This document shows, one piece after another, positions 1 to 15,300 of a stretch of 64,000 nt of DNA. The first letter of the stretch is position 1. Each line of letters starts with the position of its first letter. The DNA lies in assembly GCA_044892525.1 (NCBI GenBank), contig CM097885.1, positions 6,326,001-6,390,000 of the forward strand, read 5' to 3'. The position numbers were made by a program, and so were the translations under genes. The stretch comes from Schmidtea polychroa. Taxonomy: Eukaryota. The notes beneath the pieces are model-generated. The model worked only from the letters and a program-made list of their open reading frames with translations, searched no databases and was not told the origin of the DNA.

Positions 1-195
1 TGCCGGCTTCCCACTAAGAATTTCAGAAATTTGGAAAAATCTACACTTTTGTTGTGAACATTGGATCTGAATACAATTGTATAAACTATACATGAAATTT
101 GAATCTTTTTTCTTGGTATTTCAATAAATAAAATAATTGGGCCCAAATAAAGATACCCATTAACATATTTTTAACATTATATTATTTGCTTTTCG

Positions 196-196
<1 letters not shown>

Positions 197-255
<59 letters not shown>

Positions 256-257
256 TA

Positions 258-290
<33 letters not shown>

Positions 291-320
291 TATTATTATT
301 ATTATATTATTTCATTATTA
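197..320. repeat. (ATT)n microsatellite in a myosin intron
   Basis: Near-perfect TTA/ATT trinucleotide run ending at the AG acceptor at 320-321. Confidence 0.9.
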
Positions 321-321
321 G

Positions 322-3300
322 CCAATGGGTATATTGTCTCTTCTTGATGAAGAATGCTTCTTTCCAAAAGCCACTGACAAAAGTTTTGTGGAAAAATTAT
401 TAAAAACTCAAGAAAAGCACCCAAAACTCACAAAGGGTGAATTCCGTTCCAATGTCGACTTCTCTGTCGTACATTATGCCGGTCGCGTAGATTACGTGGC
501 AGATAAATGGTTAGAGAAAAACATGGACCCATTGAATGAGAATGTAGTTCAATTGCTACAAAAATCAAACGTGCCTTTTGTCCAGGTAGCTATACTCCTA
601 AATGCTCTTTCAAGGTTTATTCTTGGAATTATTTTCCATTAGTCCATTTGGAAAGACGCTGAAAACTTTGTTACTTTATCAGCGACTGCTAATCAAGAAA
701 CTCAGTTTGGATCTAGAACTCGCAAGGGAATGATGAGAACCGTCAGTCAACTTCATAAAGAATCTTTGGTCAAATTATTGAATGTCCTGAACAATACAAA
801 TCCACATTTTGTGCGTTGTATAATTCCTAATCACGAGAAAAGGGTAATAATTATTATTATTATTATTTATTAATATTATTATTATCATTATTTATTATTA
901 TTAATATTATTTAATATTATTATTATTATTTATTATTTTAATTATTACTATTAATATTAAAATTATAATTTTTTTTATTTATCACCATTCATTTTCATTT
1001 TTAAAATATACTTAAATAATAAATATTGATTTATAGTATGAAAAGAAAATCAGATAAATGAAATTTATTTTAAAATCACTAAAAATATAAATTATATGGA
1101 AAATTAAATTCTCTAGAACCGGGACGCGAATTACTTTACTATATATAAAACAAAAATTTTTTTTGCAAAAAAAACAAGACTACAATAACCCATACATTTT
1201 AATATTTTACAATTTCTAATTTTCTAAAATTTTTAATGCCATTTGCGACTACATATTTATGTGAAACAGGATTTTCTGCAATGACTGCGATGAAAACCAA
1301 GTATAGAGCTTTGCTGGACATTGAATTGGATCTTCACCTTAAACTGACAAACTTTGAGCCCGATATTTCTTCTTTAGTTAATAATAAACAGGGCCAACCT
1401 TCTCACGAACTATTTTTAAGACAATATTGTATTTTATTTATATGTTTAGCTTTCAATATATATCCCAAGTTACCTGTCTTTAATACAAATCTCCATTGCA
1501 TTTAATACATAAAAATAATTAGGTTTACACGTACGCCATCAAATATACGCCAAAAAATCAAGTACGGTACTATGAAAAGGTTGGGAACCCCTGGCCTAGA
1601 AGGCTTGGGGAAATTACATATTTTTCAAATTCTCAGTTCCTTAAAGTTATGATGAAATTTATTTGTTTATAACACTCGTGCATCATTTAGTTTAATTTTT
1701 TTAGAATAATTGGACGAAAAATTCAATTTTTAAATATATAAGTAAAATTAGATTTAATTAAATATTTCAACAAAAACTAAAATTAAAATTGATAATTATA
1801 AATTCACAAAATCAAATTGAAAACGAAATATTGATAAATAATTTGAAAAGAAATGAAGATAATTTAATGGAATTATGATCAATAATAATATAAAATGTAT
1901 TTTATTTAGCTAATCATTTATAAAAAGTAAATTTTTTTACCATTTACATTGTGCATCACATTGCCTCATCCAATGACGTAACAAAATTAAAACTTGCTTA
2001 AAAATCCATTAGAAATATTAGCTCCGATATCTCATCAAAACATCAATTTGTATTTTTACTTGTTATCTTTGTCTTTTCAATTAAATACCAATAAATAATC
2101 ATTCAACAAATCAAAATAAAAATATAAAATAATATTCATTTTTATTCGATTAGTTTAATTAAATAGAGATTATTTGTCAACATGGTCTTGAAATCGGCAA
2201 TTTCACACATTTTGCTTTAAATTAAAAGTCGATTACGAATTTTTGCTATTTCTATTTTTTTAATTTTGAATTTTTTATTAAATTAAATTTTTTATATTTA
2301 TTTTTATTAATATTTTTAAAATTTTTATTTTTATTTTTTATAATTTTTATTTATTATTTATTATCATTTTTTATTATTTATTTTGTTTTTATTTATTGTC
2401 ATTTTTATTTATCATTATTTATTTATTTATTATTATTATTATGACTGACTAAACTGTTAATAAATAAATAATAATAAATGTTAATAATAAATAAATAATA
2501 ATTAAATAATAATAAATAAATGTTAATAATAAATAAACTGTTACAATCGATATTAATTGAAATGAACCATGAATTGAAATTGCGTAGAATTTGATTCGTA
2601 ATCTTTTATTCAATCTAAACGTAGGTTTGTAAGTGAATTTGTAAAAAAATGATTTGAATTCAATTGATAAATTGATTGATTTTGTGCAAATACTTTTCAA
2701 TAATTTACATCATTTATTGTGCTAGGCCAGCATTGCACCGTTACAGTGATGTTCACTAGTCGACATTGCAAGTTAATTAAATTCGTAAATATTTTCTGAT
2801 ATGTAAAGATCAATGTGTAAATAGTTCAACATATATCTAGAATGTGTTTTTCTTTAATTAGATTTCGATAATTGTCATTTTCAATTCTAATATCCTCAAC
2901 CATAATGAAACCTGAATGATAAATTTACTTGCAATTATGATAACTATATTAATTAGAATGATTTATCTAGCCTGCCAAAATTGACTCCAGACTAGTCCTG
3001 GATCAATTAAAGTGCAACGGGGTTTTAGAAGGGATCAGAATTTGTAGACAAGGTTATCCGAATAGGATTCTCTTTCAGGAATTTAAACAACGATATCAAA
3101 TTTTGTGTCCACACTCAGTTAATCAGGGTTTTATGGACGGAAAAGCGGCTGCCGAGCAGCTGCTTAATGCACTAGAAGTCGACCGAAACTTATATAAAAT
3201 TGGGCAAAGTAAAATATTTTTCAAAGCTGGAGTAGTTGCCCAATTAGAAGAAGATCGGGATTTGCAAATTTCATCCCTTATTATAAAATTCCAGGCATAC

Positions 3301-6300
3301 AGTCGTGGATTTTTAGCCAGAAAGTAAGGAATTTTGGTTTGTTGTGGAAAAGGACCTTCAAAATAAAATTAGAAATTGCCAGGCTCGTATTCAGCAAATC
3401 AACGCAATTCGTATTATCCAAAGAAACAGTGTGGCCTACTTGAAATTGAGAAATTGGCCTTGGTGGAGACTTTTCACAAAAGTAAAACCGTTGCTAAGTG
3501 TAACTCGACAAGAAGAAATCGTTGCAATGAAAGAAGAAGAACTTAAAAAGGTTTATTTTTAAAGCGGAGTTAAATGTATACAAATATTGTCTAGCTAAAC
3601 GATGTTTTGGAAAAAACTACGGGAGAGTTTACTGAAACTAAGAAAATATTGGAACAGTTGAAAGAGGAAAAGATTAGATTATCAAACGAATTACAACAAG
3701 AGAAATTTAATTTCCAGGATGCTGATGACGTAAGTTTTTTAGACTTTATTAAATTTTATTAAATTTTTTGCTTTTTATTTTATATTATTTTAATATAAAA
3801 TTTTTATTTATTATTTTTTAATTTTTTTATTAATTATTAAATTGTTTTAATTATTTTACATTAATTTTTTTAAATTTAAATTTTATTTTTTTAATATTGA
3901 TTTATTATCATTGCTTATTAATATTATTTTTAAAATATTTATTTAATATTTATTTATTTTTAATTGTATAATTCTTATTATTTCAAAATTTTTTAAAATT
4001 TTTTGTATTAAATTTTAATTTTATTATTTTTAATTAAATTTTTAATTTATTTTTATTTTATTCTTGTGTATTATTTTAAAATTTATTTTTTATATTGATT
4101 TATTAATATTATTTTTAATATTTATTTAATTTTTATTTATTTCATAGTTTTTTTTTGTATTAATTTTATTATTTTTTGTCTTTTTTTAAATTTATTTATT
4201 ATTATTGCTTATTATTTTATTTTAAAATTTTTTTGTATTAAAAATTTATGGTTTTTTATGGTAAAAAATAATTTCCAGGAAAGACAAAAATTGTCACAAA
4301 AATTAAAGGAAAGTGACAATTTAATTGCCGAATTAGAGGCTAAAGAAAGTGAAGATAAAGAAAAGATAAGCAAATTAGAAGAAGATCAAGATAAATTAAA
4401 ACAAGAAGTTTACTAGTAACAATTGATGATCGATTTATTGATTGTGATAGGTTTCTGATCTCTCAGAACAATTGGAATCGGAAGAGCAAACTAGACAGAA
4501 ATTACAACTGGAAAAGAATTCATTGGAACAGAAAAATGTCCAGTTGCAAGATGAAAATGCCGAAATAGATGATAAATTGTCGAAATTAATGAAGGACAAA
4601 AAGACTGTTGATGATCGATTGACAGTGAGCACCTGAAATGGAACATTATTGATTAGTAACCTCAATTATCGATTTCCAGGAAACAATGAATACTTTGTCT
4701 GAAGAGGAACAGAAAAATAAACAGCTTTCAAAATTGAAAACGCGACACGAGACATTGATAACTGAATTAGAGGACAAATTAAGCAGAGAGAATTCCGCTC
4801 GACAAGATCTCGAACGGACTCGTCGGAGATTGGAAAATGAGTTGAAAGAGAACACGGAGCAACTTGTGGAAAAGAATTCGATTCTAGATGATCTGAAACA
4901 GAGATTGGCGTATGCGGAAACGGAATTGGTAAAGTTGCAAACGAAACTCGACGAGGAACTCGTTGCGAAAGCGATAATTACGAAGCAGGTAATAAAATTG
5001 CTTTCGCATACACAGCTATTTGCCATTTTTCCCATGGATACCGTTAATATGATTGGATTTAGTTGCGCGACAGTGAAGGCCTGATTCAAGATCTCCGAGA
5101 AGATTTGGAAACTGAAAGGGCTGCTCGCGATAGAGCGGAGAAGATCAAACGAGACCAAGCAGAAGAAATCGAAGCGCTAAAATCCGAGTTGTCGGATACC
5201 GGCTCAACCTCAGAGGAGCATTTAGAGGCGCTGCGGAAACGAGAAGAGGAAATCAATCAACTGAGGAAAACGGCGGAGGTGGAAAATAAAAACTTTGAGA
5301 GTAAAATCCAGGAATTGCGCAAGAAACACACGATGAAGGCCGAGCAATTGCAGGAACAGCTGGAGAAGACAAATAAAGAGAAATTAGCCTTCGAGGCTTC
5401 AAAAAATCAACTGGAGAAAGAATTTAATGAGTTAACAGTCGAATGCAGAACTTCTCAAAATGCCAGGTGAGATTTGATTTGATTGGTCATTTATTATAAT
5501 TTAACACTATGAACACTAATATTGATTTACGGTTTCTCTGATATTGTTTTTATTACTATTATATACTTTTATTTATTTTTGTTGTAATTTTATTTTTAAT
5601 TAAAAATAATTCATTTTTTTTAGTTATAATTTAATTTTTAAAAAAATAAAAATAATATTTTGATTATTTATTAATCTCTAATATTATTTTTTATTTTAAT
5701 TAAAAAAAATTTAAATTGTTAAAATATAATTTACATTTTCCAAAATTTAGTTTCAATATATTTCGTATTATTAATAAAAATATTTAATTTTAATTATTAC
5801 TTTTATTTTATTATAATATTTTATATTGTTATTATTTGTTTTAAATAATTTTTTTAACATTTACTTATATATTTTTATTTTATTAATTTATTTTTTTTTA
5901 CTATTAAAAATAAAAATAATATTTTGATTATTTATTAATTTTTAATATTATTTTTTTATTTTAATTAAAAGTATAATTTAGATTTTCCAAAATTTATTTT
6001 TCTTATATTTTATTATATTATGTTTACGCCAGGAAAGATATGTTTGTTCAAATAAATCTTTGTGGTTGTAAGAAAATAAAATTTCTAAAGTAGAAAATTC
6101 ATTTTTAAATCACTGGAAACTTAAAATTTGAAACAAATTTTAAAAAAGAATGTAAAGTTTATTTTGGAAATATTTTACTGATTTTTTATATAATTATAAT
6201 CTCTTAAATCTATTTGAATACTGAATATTGATTATAATATATATATTAATTTATGTATTGAAATAAATATTGATATTAGAAATTAATTGTTTAGAATTCA

Positions 6301-9300
6301 GAATTTAATACAGTCAACTCTCCTACAATGCGACGGTTACGTTCTTAGGAAACGTCGCGTTGTAAGAGACATGAACTCTATAGATAAAAGGGGTTAGGTT
6401 CCAAGTAAAAAAACTGCATTTAAATTAATAAAATAAAACTTTAATAAATTCATATTCAAGATTTTATTAGGAAGTCTTCAATAAAATTATAATAAATTAA
6501 CAAAATAATTCACGTTTTTAAAAATTAAGAACTAAATAACAATTCAAATTTATAAAAATTAAAATATAAAAAGAAATGTTGCCGCGAACGTTTTGCTGAT
6601 GCTACACCCGAATATGAACTACTGGAGCAATGGATAGGTTCGTTAGCTCTTGCGATCGTTTAGAATGAAAAGAAATTTCATTATATGTACATACATTTAA
6701 TAAATTTATAGGAAAAAAATAATTATACCATTCAAAATGCCAAATGAAAAATAAAATCCGAAAAATTATCTCACTTCAAACCAAAATTTTGGATAGGCTT
6801 AAAAATCAAGAGAAGACTACTGATGTTGCCTAATATTTTAATTTAAATGAGTCAACATTAGAACCATAAAAAACAGAAGAAAAAATTAGGAATTTGTTAG
6901 CATCCGGATCATCTGTGCTTGCCAAAATTACTGCTCAATTTGTATTCTCAATTTGCACAAATTTTTGCACTAAAATTAGATCACGCTTATCAGATGATGC
7001 TCTTAAAGCTTTGGTTTTCTTGAAATTTTACTATAAAAAATAAATAAGTTTTCTGATGTTATATGAATTAAGTTGTTATAAAAGATAATAAATATTTTCC
7101 AAGATATTAATAAATTGAAAAAAAATAAATATATACATTTTCAGTATTTTTTAAATATTAAAATTATGGGAAAATTGAAAAAACAGCTAATATCAGCTGT
7201 TTTTTCGAAAATAAAAAACAGTAACAGCTGTTTTTTGAAAACCGCTGTTTTTGTAAAACCCTAATTCTAAAGTTACTTTAACTGCAAAATACACCCATTT
7301 CTGTATTTAAACACTGATTTTTTAAAAACGTACATTTTTTTAAATCATGTTGTTGGAAAAAATATATGGAAATTCTTCATTTTGGTTACTTTTCGATGTG
7401 GCGAGAAATATTATATTCTTTTTCAACGTATCTATATTCGAGGTTTACTGGAGGTTATTAAATAAAGGTTAAATTCAATTTATTAAGATTCAATATTTGC
7501 CTTCCATTATCAGTAGGGTGAATTTATTCCACACATAGCTTTCTTATTTGGTATTAATTTATATGAATGTGTCACTTACTATATGGATATTATGTCATAA
7601 ATAATTTAACGGCAAAACTTGGATTGTAGAATGGAAGTTGATAAAAAGAGAAAAAATCTAGAACAACAATTACTAGAGTTGTCCAATAGAACAGTTGAAG
7701 CTGATAAAACGAAAAAAGAACAATTGGAGAAAATCAATAAACTCACAGCAATTTTAGAACAAAATGCTCTTCAAATCGATTCACTTGAAAATACTAATAA
7801 CCAAGTAAGTTCAACAACTTTCAATCACCTATATTTTTTATTAATTAATCTAACAGGCAGCACGTCAAATACAGTCGCTTCAAGTTGAAAACAGAGACCT
7901 AAAAATATGTCTTAGTGATGAAACAGAAGCTAAGCTAAAAATGCAAGCAAGTTTACGAGCAGTAGAAGAGGAAAGGGCAAATATTCAAGATCAAGCAGAT
8001 GAAGAAGAAAGAAATAGAGTAATTTTAGAGAAACATTGTCAGATCCTTGAAAACCAAATGCAAGCATTTAAAACTAAAGCAGTAGAAGATTCGGAGATCC
8101 TTCAACAGCAAGATGAAATAAACAAAAAATTAAACCGAGAAATTTACAATTTGACTCAACAATTAGAAGAATCAGCTGCAACAATTGAAAAAGTAGAAAA
8201 ATCGAGGAAAAAACTTCAAGCAGAATTGGAAGATGCCAGCCATGCATATGATAGTCAGAGATCAGAATTCCTTAATAATGACCGAAAATATAAAAAGATC
8301 GAAAACAATTTCAATGAATTAATGAAAGAAAAAGCAGCAATGCAACAGGCTAGAGAAAATATTGATAAAGATTGTCGAGAGAAAGAAACGAAAATTATTC
8401 AATTAGTAGGAAAAATTGAAAAGATGGAAGAAGAGTATGCAGAAATGGAAAGACAGAAAAATAATTTGGATAAAGAACTCCACGATTTAACTTTCGCTCA
8501 AGACGATGCCGGGAAAACTGTAAGCATTTTATTATTATTTTTTATTATTTTTTAATGATATTATATTTTTATATTTTATTATATTTATTATTATAATTTT
8601 TTATTTATTTATTTTATTTTTAATATTAAAATTATTTAATTAATATGAACTCGAATACAGATATAATGGGAAGTAATGGGTGTAATGTATGTGGCATTAC
8701 ACCCATTACATGTGAATCGATAAACGAGATCCGAACACAATCCAGCCGGCGTTTGAGATATACTAACAAACATACTACGTACTTTGCACGATTTTGAAAC
8801 AATTCTATAATTCAATGTACCCAGCTGTTTACCAATCTTTCCCTTGAAATCTTTTTTATCCTTCAGAATACGGCAAGACCATCGTATATTTTGGCTCATC
8901 TTGGTTGTTAGTATCAATGCTAAAAAATAATTTTCAATAATCAATTATATTTAAACTTTTAAATTATTTTAAAATATTATTTTAATTATTTAACATAACT
9001 ATTATTCAACATACAAAAACTTAATTAAAAACATTCAACACACAAGTATTCACTGCATTCTGCACATTGATTTTAGGATTAAAAGTTCTTATCAATAATG
9101 CTTCACATATCACACGCTCAAAACAATTATCAAATTTTTTTGATAAGATTTTAAAATCAGACATTCCTAATTCTCTCATGCAGACTTTATTGTGATCCTT
9201 AATATTGGACACTCTCTTCTGTCGACAGTGTTCTTGAACTCGAGTACAGAGATGACGGGAAGCCTCTCCAATGTATGTGGCATTACACCCATTACATGTG

Positions 9301-12300
9301 AATCGATAAACGAGATCCGAACACAATCCAGCCGGCGTTTGAGATATACTAACAAACATACTACGTACTTTGCACGATTTTGAAACATTTCTATAATTCA
9401 ATGTACCCAGCTGTTTACCAATCTTTCCTTTGAAATCTTTATATCTTTCAGAATACAGCAATACCATCGTATATTTTGGCTCATCTTGGTTGTTAGTATC
9501 AATACACATATTCACTAGAGAATCCAATACCGGTCAATTTTTTTGATCCCGGGATTTCGGTACTATATTTTTTCGGTACTGGCACCGGGACTGAAGGGAA
9601 ATCAGAAACTGAAATATATTAAAAGAAAAAATGGATATATAAAGCCTCTTTCAACGTTAACAATAAAAACCGTTTTGAGTAGCCATTCTTCACCAGTAAT
9701 TCAACTTATTTATCTACACTTTTTACTGAATTTTTAAAAGTGGAAGATAAGCACCATGATCTATAAACCAATCCTTTCACAATGTTTCTTTTATATTTAA
9801 ATTCACAAAAACACTCTGGGGTAGTATAGAGGCCGGTATCTGTTGGTTTTCTGTAAATTTATAAATGTATAAAAACTAACAAAATTTCGTTTAGCTCATG
9901 TCACTCGAAAGAGAAAAAACTAAATTGGAAAACGAAGTCCAAGAGTTACAGATGACAATGGAAGATCTGGAAGAGGAAAACGCAACATTGTGCATGGTGA
10001 AAGATAGACTAGACGTAAATTCCTATCATTTCTTCGATATATTATAAATGATTTTTTAACCACCAGGTGGAGATCGCAAATATTAAAAACAGTTTCCTAA
10101 GAGAATTGGCACAGAAAGAAGAGAATTTTGAAGAATTACGAAAATTGATGATTAAAAAACAAAAGGATCTCGAAATTGAATTGGACGAGGATAAATCGAT
10201 CAGAGCTTCTATCCAGGCTGCTAAACGCAAATTAGAATTGGAAGTGGAGGATTTAAACAATCGATTAGATATGACAGAAAAGGCGAGAGATGATTATTTA
10301 CGCCAGCTGAAGAAATATCAAAGTGCCGGTGGAGAAAAGCAAAGAGATCTCCAAGAAATCACTGCCAAACGCGATGAATTGCTCGCTCAGGTGAAGGATT
10401 TGGAAAAGAAATGGAAAGCGGGCGATAGTGAAATTGCTAAACTGTCAGAAGAATTAAACCAATCAGAGAAATTGAGGAAGATCGCAGTGGTGGAGAGAGA
10501 AGAAGCGAACCATGAAAATCAATCACTTACTGCAGCCAAGTGAGTCGGAATCCAGACTGAATACTATAATTATCTGTTGTGATTTGTTCAGCAATAAGGC
10601 ACAAGAGGAACGTAAACGATTTGAAATTCGATGTCAAAATTTGGAAGAAGAGCTAGAAGAACTCCAGAATGCTTTTAATGAAACTGATGACAGTCGTAAG
10701 AAACTCAGTTTACAACTAGACACGGTTCAAACGGAACTCGGCAATGAACGGGAACGGCTGGTAACCGTTGAGGGTCAAAAAGCAAACGCAGAAAAAGCTG
10801 TAAGTTTTTATTATCCTTTCATTTTTATTTTTATTATTCTATTTACATATTTTATATAATTAAAATTATTTTCATTTATATATTATTATTATCTTTTTAA
10901 TTTTTATTACTTTTATTTTTTCTATTGTTTATTACATTATTATATTATTTATTTATTTTTGAAATTTCTTTATTGATATTATAATTAAATTCTTTTTTTT
11001 ATTTTGCTATTCATTGGTGAATCAATCAAAATCCATTTTAAATAACATTTAATCTGTAATGAATTTATTGAGATTATTTAATTAATTCATTAAATCTATA
11101 TTATTATATTATTGATTTCGTATATAATATCTATCAAATTAATTATTCCAATTATTTATTAATATTATTTATTTATTATTTTTTCATATTTTAATTTATT
11201 CTTTATTCGTATTATCTCAATTTAATTTTTAATGATTTTTTATTAATACTTTGCTTTTTGTTACTATTTATTGATATTGCAATTCTTGTTAAATTTATAT
11301 TTATATTTATTATTGATGGTTTATATTATAATTTATTATTTTATTAATATTATGATTAAATATTTATTTGTTTAATTTTTTTAAAACAATCAGAATTCAT
11401 TTTAAATAATATTCAATATGCAATGAATTTATTGGGATTATTTAATTAATATTATTACATTATTATTTTGCTTTATTTTTGTTTAATTTTCATATTTTAA
11501 TTATATATTTAATATTTATTATTACTTTGCTATTTTTTACTATTTATTGATATTCTAATTTTTGTTATTATTTTATTTTTATATTTATTATTATTGTTTA
11601 TATTATAATTTATTAGTTTTTATTAATATTATAATTAAATATTAAATTAATTAATTATTAAATTATTAATTAATTTTAAATAATATTCAATCTGCAATGA
11701 ATTTATTGAGATTATTTAATTAATAATAATTATTTTTTTAATAATTTATTATTTTTATTTTTTAATTTTCAAATTTTAATCTATTATTTATGTTTTATTT
11801 ATATATTTAATACTCATTATTACTTCCCTATTTGTTACCATTTACAGGGTTTTCCTTAATGTTTCATCATCTTTATCAAGATGTTTAATCACTTTGTCAA
11901 AATTTTTGTCATGAAATCAGAATTTTATTACACCAATATTTGGGTCACAAAAGATTATAGCTATAAAACATAATTTTTTAAAATAAAATTAATCTAAATA
12001 CTGCTCGTTTTGAGCGTGTGATTAGTTGTGCTGTTACTCTAAATGACATGAAATAAAATTGAAAAGTTTATTTATAATACATTTATAATTATTTATAATT
12101 TCTACTTTAGTTTAATTTTTCATTTTAAAAAATTTAAATATTTTGCAAATCATTGGTGAAGCAATCAAAATTCATTTAAAATAATATTCAATCTGCAATG
12201 AATTTATTGAGATTATTTAATTAATAATAATTAATATTATTGCATTATTGATTTCGTATATGATATTTGATATCTGATTAATATTAGTAATAATTTATAA

Positions 12301-15300
12301 TATTGTTTTTAATTATTATTATTATTATTTGCTTTGAAATTTGTAGCTAAAAGATTGCCAGATCCAATTGCAGGAATTAGAAAGTAATATGTCAAAGAAA
12401 TACAAAACTCAGCTTAGTAATCTTCAAACTCGAGTTAACCAGAGTGAAGCACAGCTGGAAAATGAAACCGCAGAGAAAAATCAATATTCTCGTATAAATA
12501 GAAAGAATGACAAGAAAATGAAAGATTTATTGTTACAGGTAGAAAAATATCTCTTTATTGCTAATATTTCACCGCTGGAATCTGGTTACAGCTAGAAGAG
12601 TCGAGAAAGAATGAAGAAAGCACGAAAATTCAACTTGACAAAGCAAATAAACAAGTAAACCGAATGAAATCAGAATTGCGAGAAATCGAGGATGAGAACA
12701 CGAATTTAAAAACCGCAAAACGCAAGCTGACTCGCGACCTCGAGGACGCCACAGAAACGAGAGACAGTCTTGAAAATCAGTTACAAAGCATGAAAAATCG
12801 CAGAAACACGTGAGTGAAATTTTGTTTGATTTGTTGAATGTTGTTTATGTATATATTTTCATTGTGATTATTCTTTATTGGTTCTCCCTCATTAAAACAA
12901 AATGGTGGCCATAAAACGAAAAATTCAAAATGGCGACCATAATATTAAAACAACAATTCAAAATGGCGACTATTTTAAAAACGAAAATTTTAAAATGGCG
13001 GTTATCTTGTTAATAAATGAAAATTCAAAATGGCGGTTATCTTTTTAATAAATGAAAATTCAAAATGGCGGCCATATTATTAAAACAACAATTCAAAATG
13101 GCGACTATTTTAAAAACGAAAATTTTAAAATGGCGGTTATCTTGTTAATAAATGAAAATTCAAAATGGCGGTTATCTTTTTAATAAATGAAAATTCAAAA
13201 TGGCGGCCATATTATTAAAACAACAGTTCAAAATGGCCAATATTTTATTAAAACAAGAATTCAAAATGGCGACTATTATAAAAACAACAATTCAAAATGG
13301 CCAATATTTTATTAAAACAAAAATTCAAAATGGCGACTATTATAAAATTGAATATTTTAAAATAGCGGTTATCTTGTTAATAAATGAAAATTCAAAATGG
13401 CGGCCATATTATTAAAACAACAATTCAAAATGGCCAATATTTTATTAAAACAAAAATTCAAAATGGCGACTATTATAAAAATGAAAATTTTAAAATGGCG
13501 AATATTGTTAAACTATGTAAAATCAAAATGGCCGTTATCTTGTTAATAAATGAAAATTCAAAATGGCGGCCATATTATTAAAACGAAACAATTCAAAATG
13601 GCGACTATTTTAAAAATGAAAATTTTAAAATGGCGGTTATCTTGTTAATAAATGAAAATTCAAAATGGCGGCCATATTATTAAAACAACAATTCAAAATG
13701 GCCAATATTTTATTAAAACAAAAATTCAAAATGGCGACTATTATAAAAATGAAAATTTTAAAATGGCGAATATTGTTAAACTATGTAAAATCAAAATGGC
13801 CGTTATCTTGTTAATAAATGAAAATTCAAAATGGCGGCCGTATTATTAAAACGAAACAATTCAAAATGGCGACTATTTTAAAAACGAAAATTTTAAAATG
13901 GCGGTTATCTTGTTAATAAATGAAAATTCAAAATGGCGGCCATATTATTAAAACAACAATTCAAAATGGCCAATATTTTATTAAAACAAAAATTCAAAAT
14001 GGCGGCCATATTATTAAAACAACAATTCAAAATGGCGGTTATCTTTTTAATAAATGAAAATTCAAAAATGGCGGCCATATTATTAAAACGAAACCATTCA
14101 AAATGGCGGTTATCTTGTTAATAAATGAAAATTCAAAATGGCGGCCATATTATTAAAACGAAACAATTCAAAATGGCAACGATTATAAAAATCTAAATTC
14201 GCGGATATATCGCCATATTAATAAATCAAAAAATTAAAAATGGCGGTTATATTGTTAATCAGTGAAAAACCAAAATGGCGACCATATTATTAAAACAAAA
14301 ATTCTAAATCGCGGATATATTGTTGAAACACTATATTATTGAAACAAAAAACCAAAACGGCGGAAATATTATTAAACCAAATATTCAAAATGGCGGATGT
14401 ATTGATAAAAAAATTTATGATGGCCAGCTATTGAAATAAAAAAATGTGAACATGAGACACGCGAATTCGTTCCTTACATCAGCCTATAGAATTTAATGTC
14501 CATTTTCATGAAAATTTATTCGATATAAATGTTGATAAATTATTGCAAAACAATTAATTTTAATTATTCGCTTAATTTGTTAGTTTTGATATCATCATGA
14601 CCTGTTAAAGCACGATTTGGAAAAGAATTGCAAAAACATTTATAACAATATAGAAGATCAAATGAGAAAAAAAAATCTCCTCAAATCAAAATATAATATT
14701 AATTAATGAGAAAATCGACGTGAAACATTTTTATAATTTCTTCAAATTTGTTATAAAATCTATTTGAATTAAACGATATTTTGGATAATGTGAATTTCTG
14801 GCACGAGAAGAAAAATGGATATTATTATTGGTATTCTCAGCAATCGGTAACATGCATGGAAGGAATTGTTAAAGAAACAACCATTATTGACCAGTTGAAG
14901 AGCTCCTGGTTTTATATGACCTTGAGACAAAAAATCAATACAATAAATAAGGAATTTGAAATCCAATTCAATGTATAATACCAAGCCAATAATTCCATAG
15001 ATAGGCGAATACAGACAGATAAAAAGAAGTAAAATAGATAAAAATAAATAAATGGATAAAAGATTGATAAATGTAGATAAAAAATAAATAGATAAATAAG
15101 ATGATAATTAAATAAAAGATAAATAATTAAATGATAGATAAAATATAGGTAAATTAAAGAGATAGATAAATATATGAAGCATATATAGACAAAAGATAGG
15201 TAAAAGAATAAAAAAGTTATATAAATAAGAAGTAAATAAAGGATAGATAGGTAAAAAGATAAGTAGATAAAAGAGGTAGATAATAAATATATATATAAAG

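Noticed and set aside
12897..14425. CRISPR-like array or short ORFs (13200-14121)
   Set aside because: The context is a eukaryotic intron, the spacers are themselves repeated, and there are no cas genes. The ORFs are by-products of the ATG in each repeat unit.
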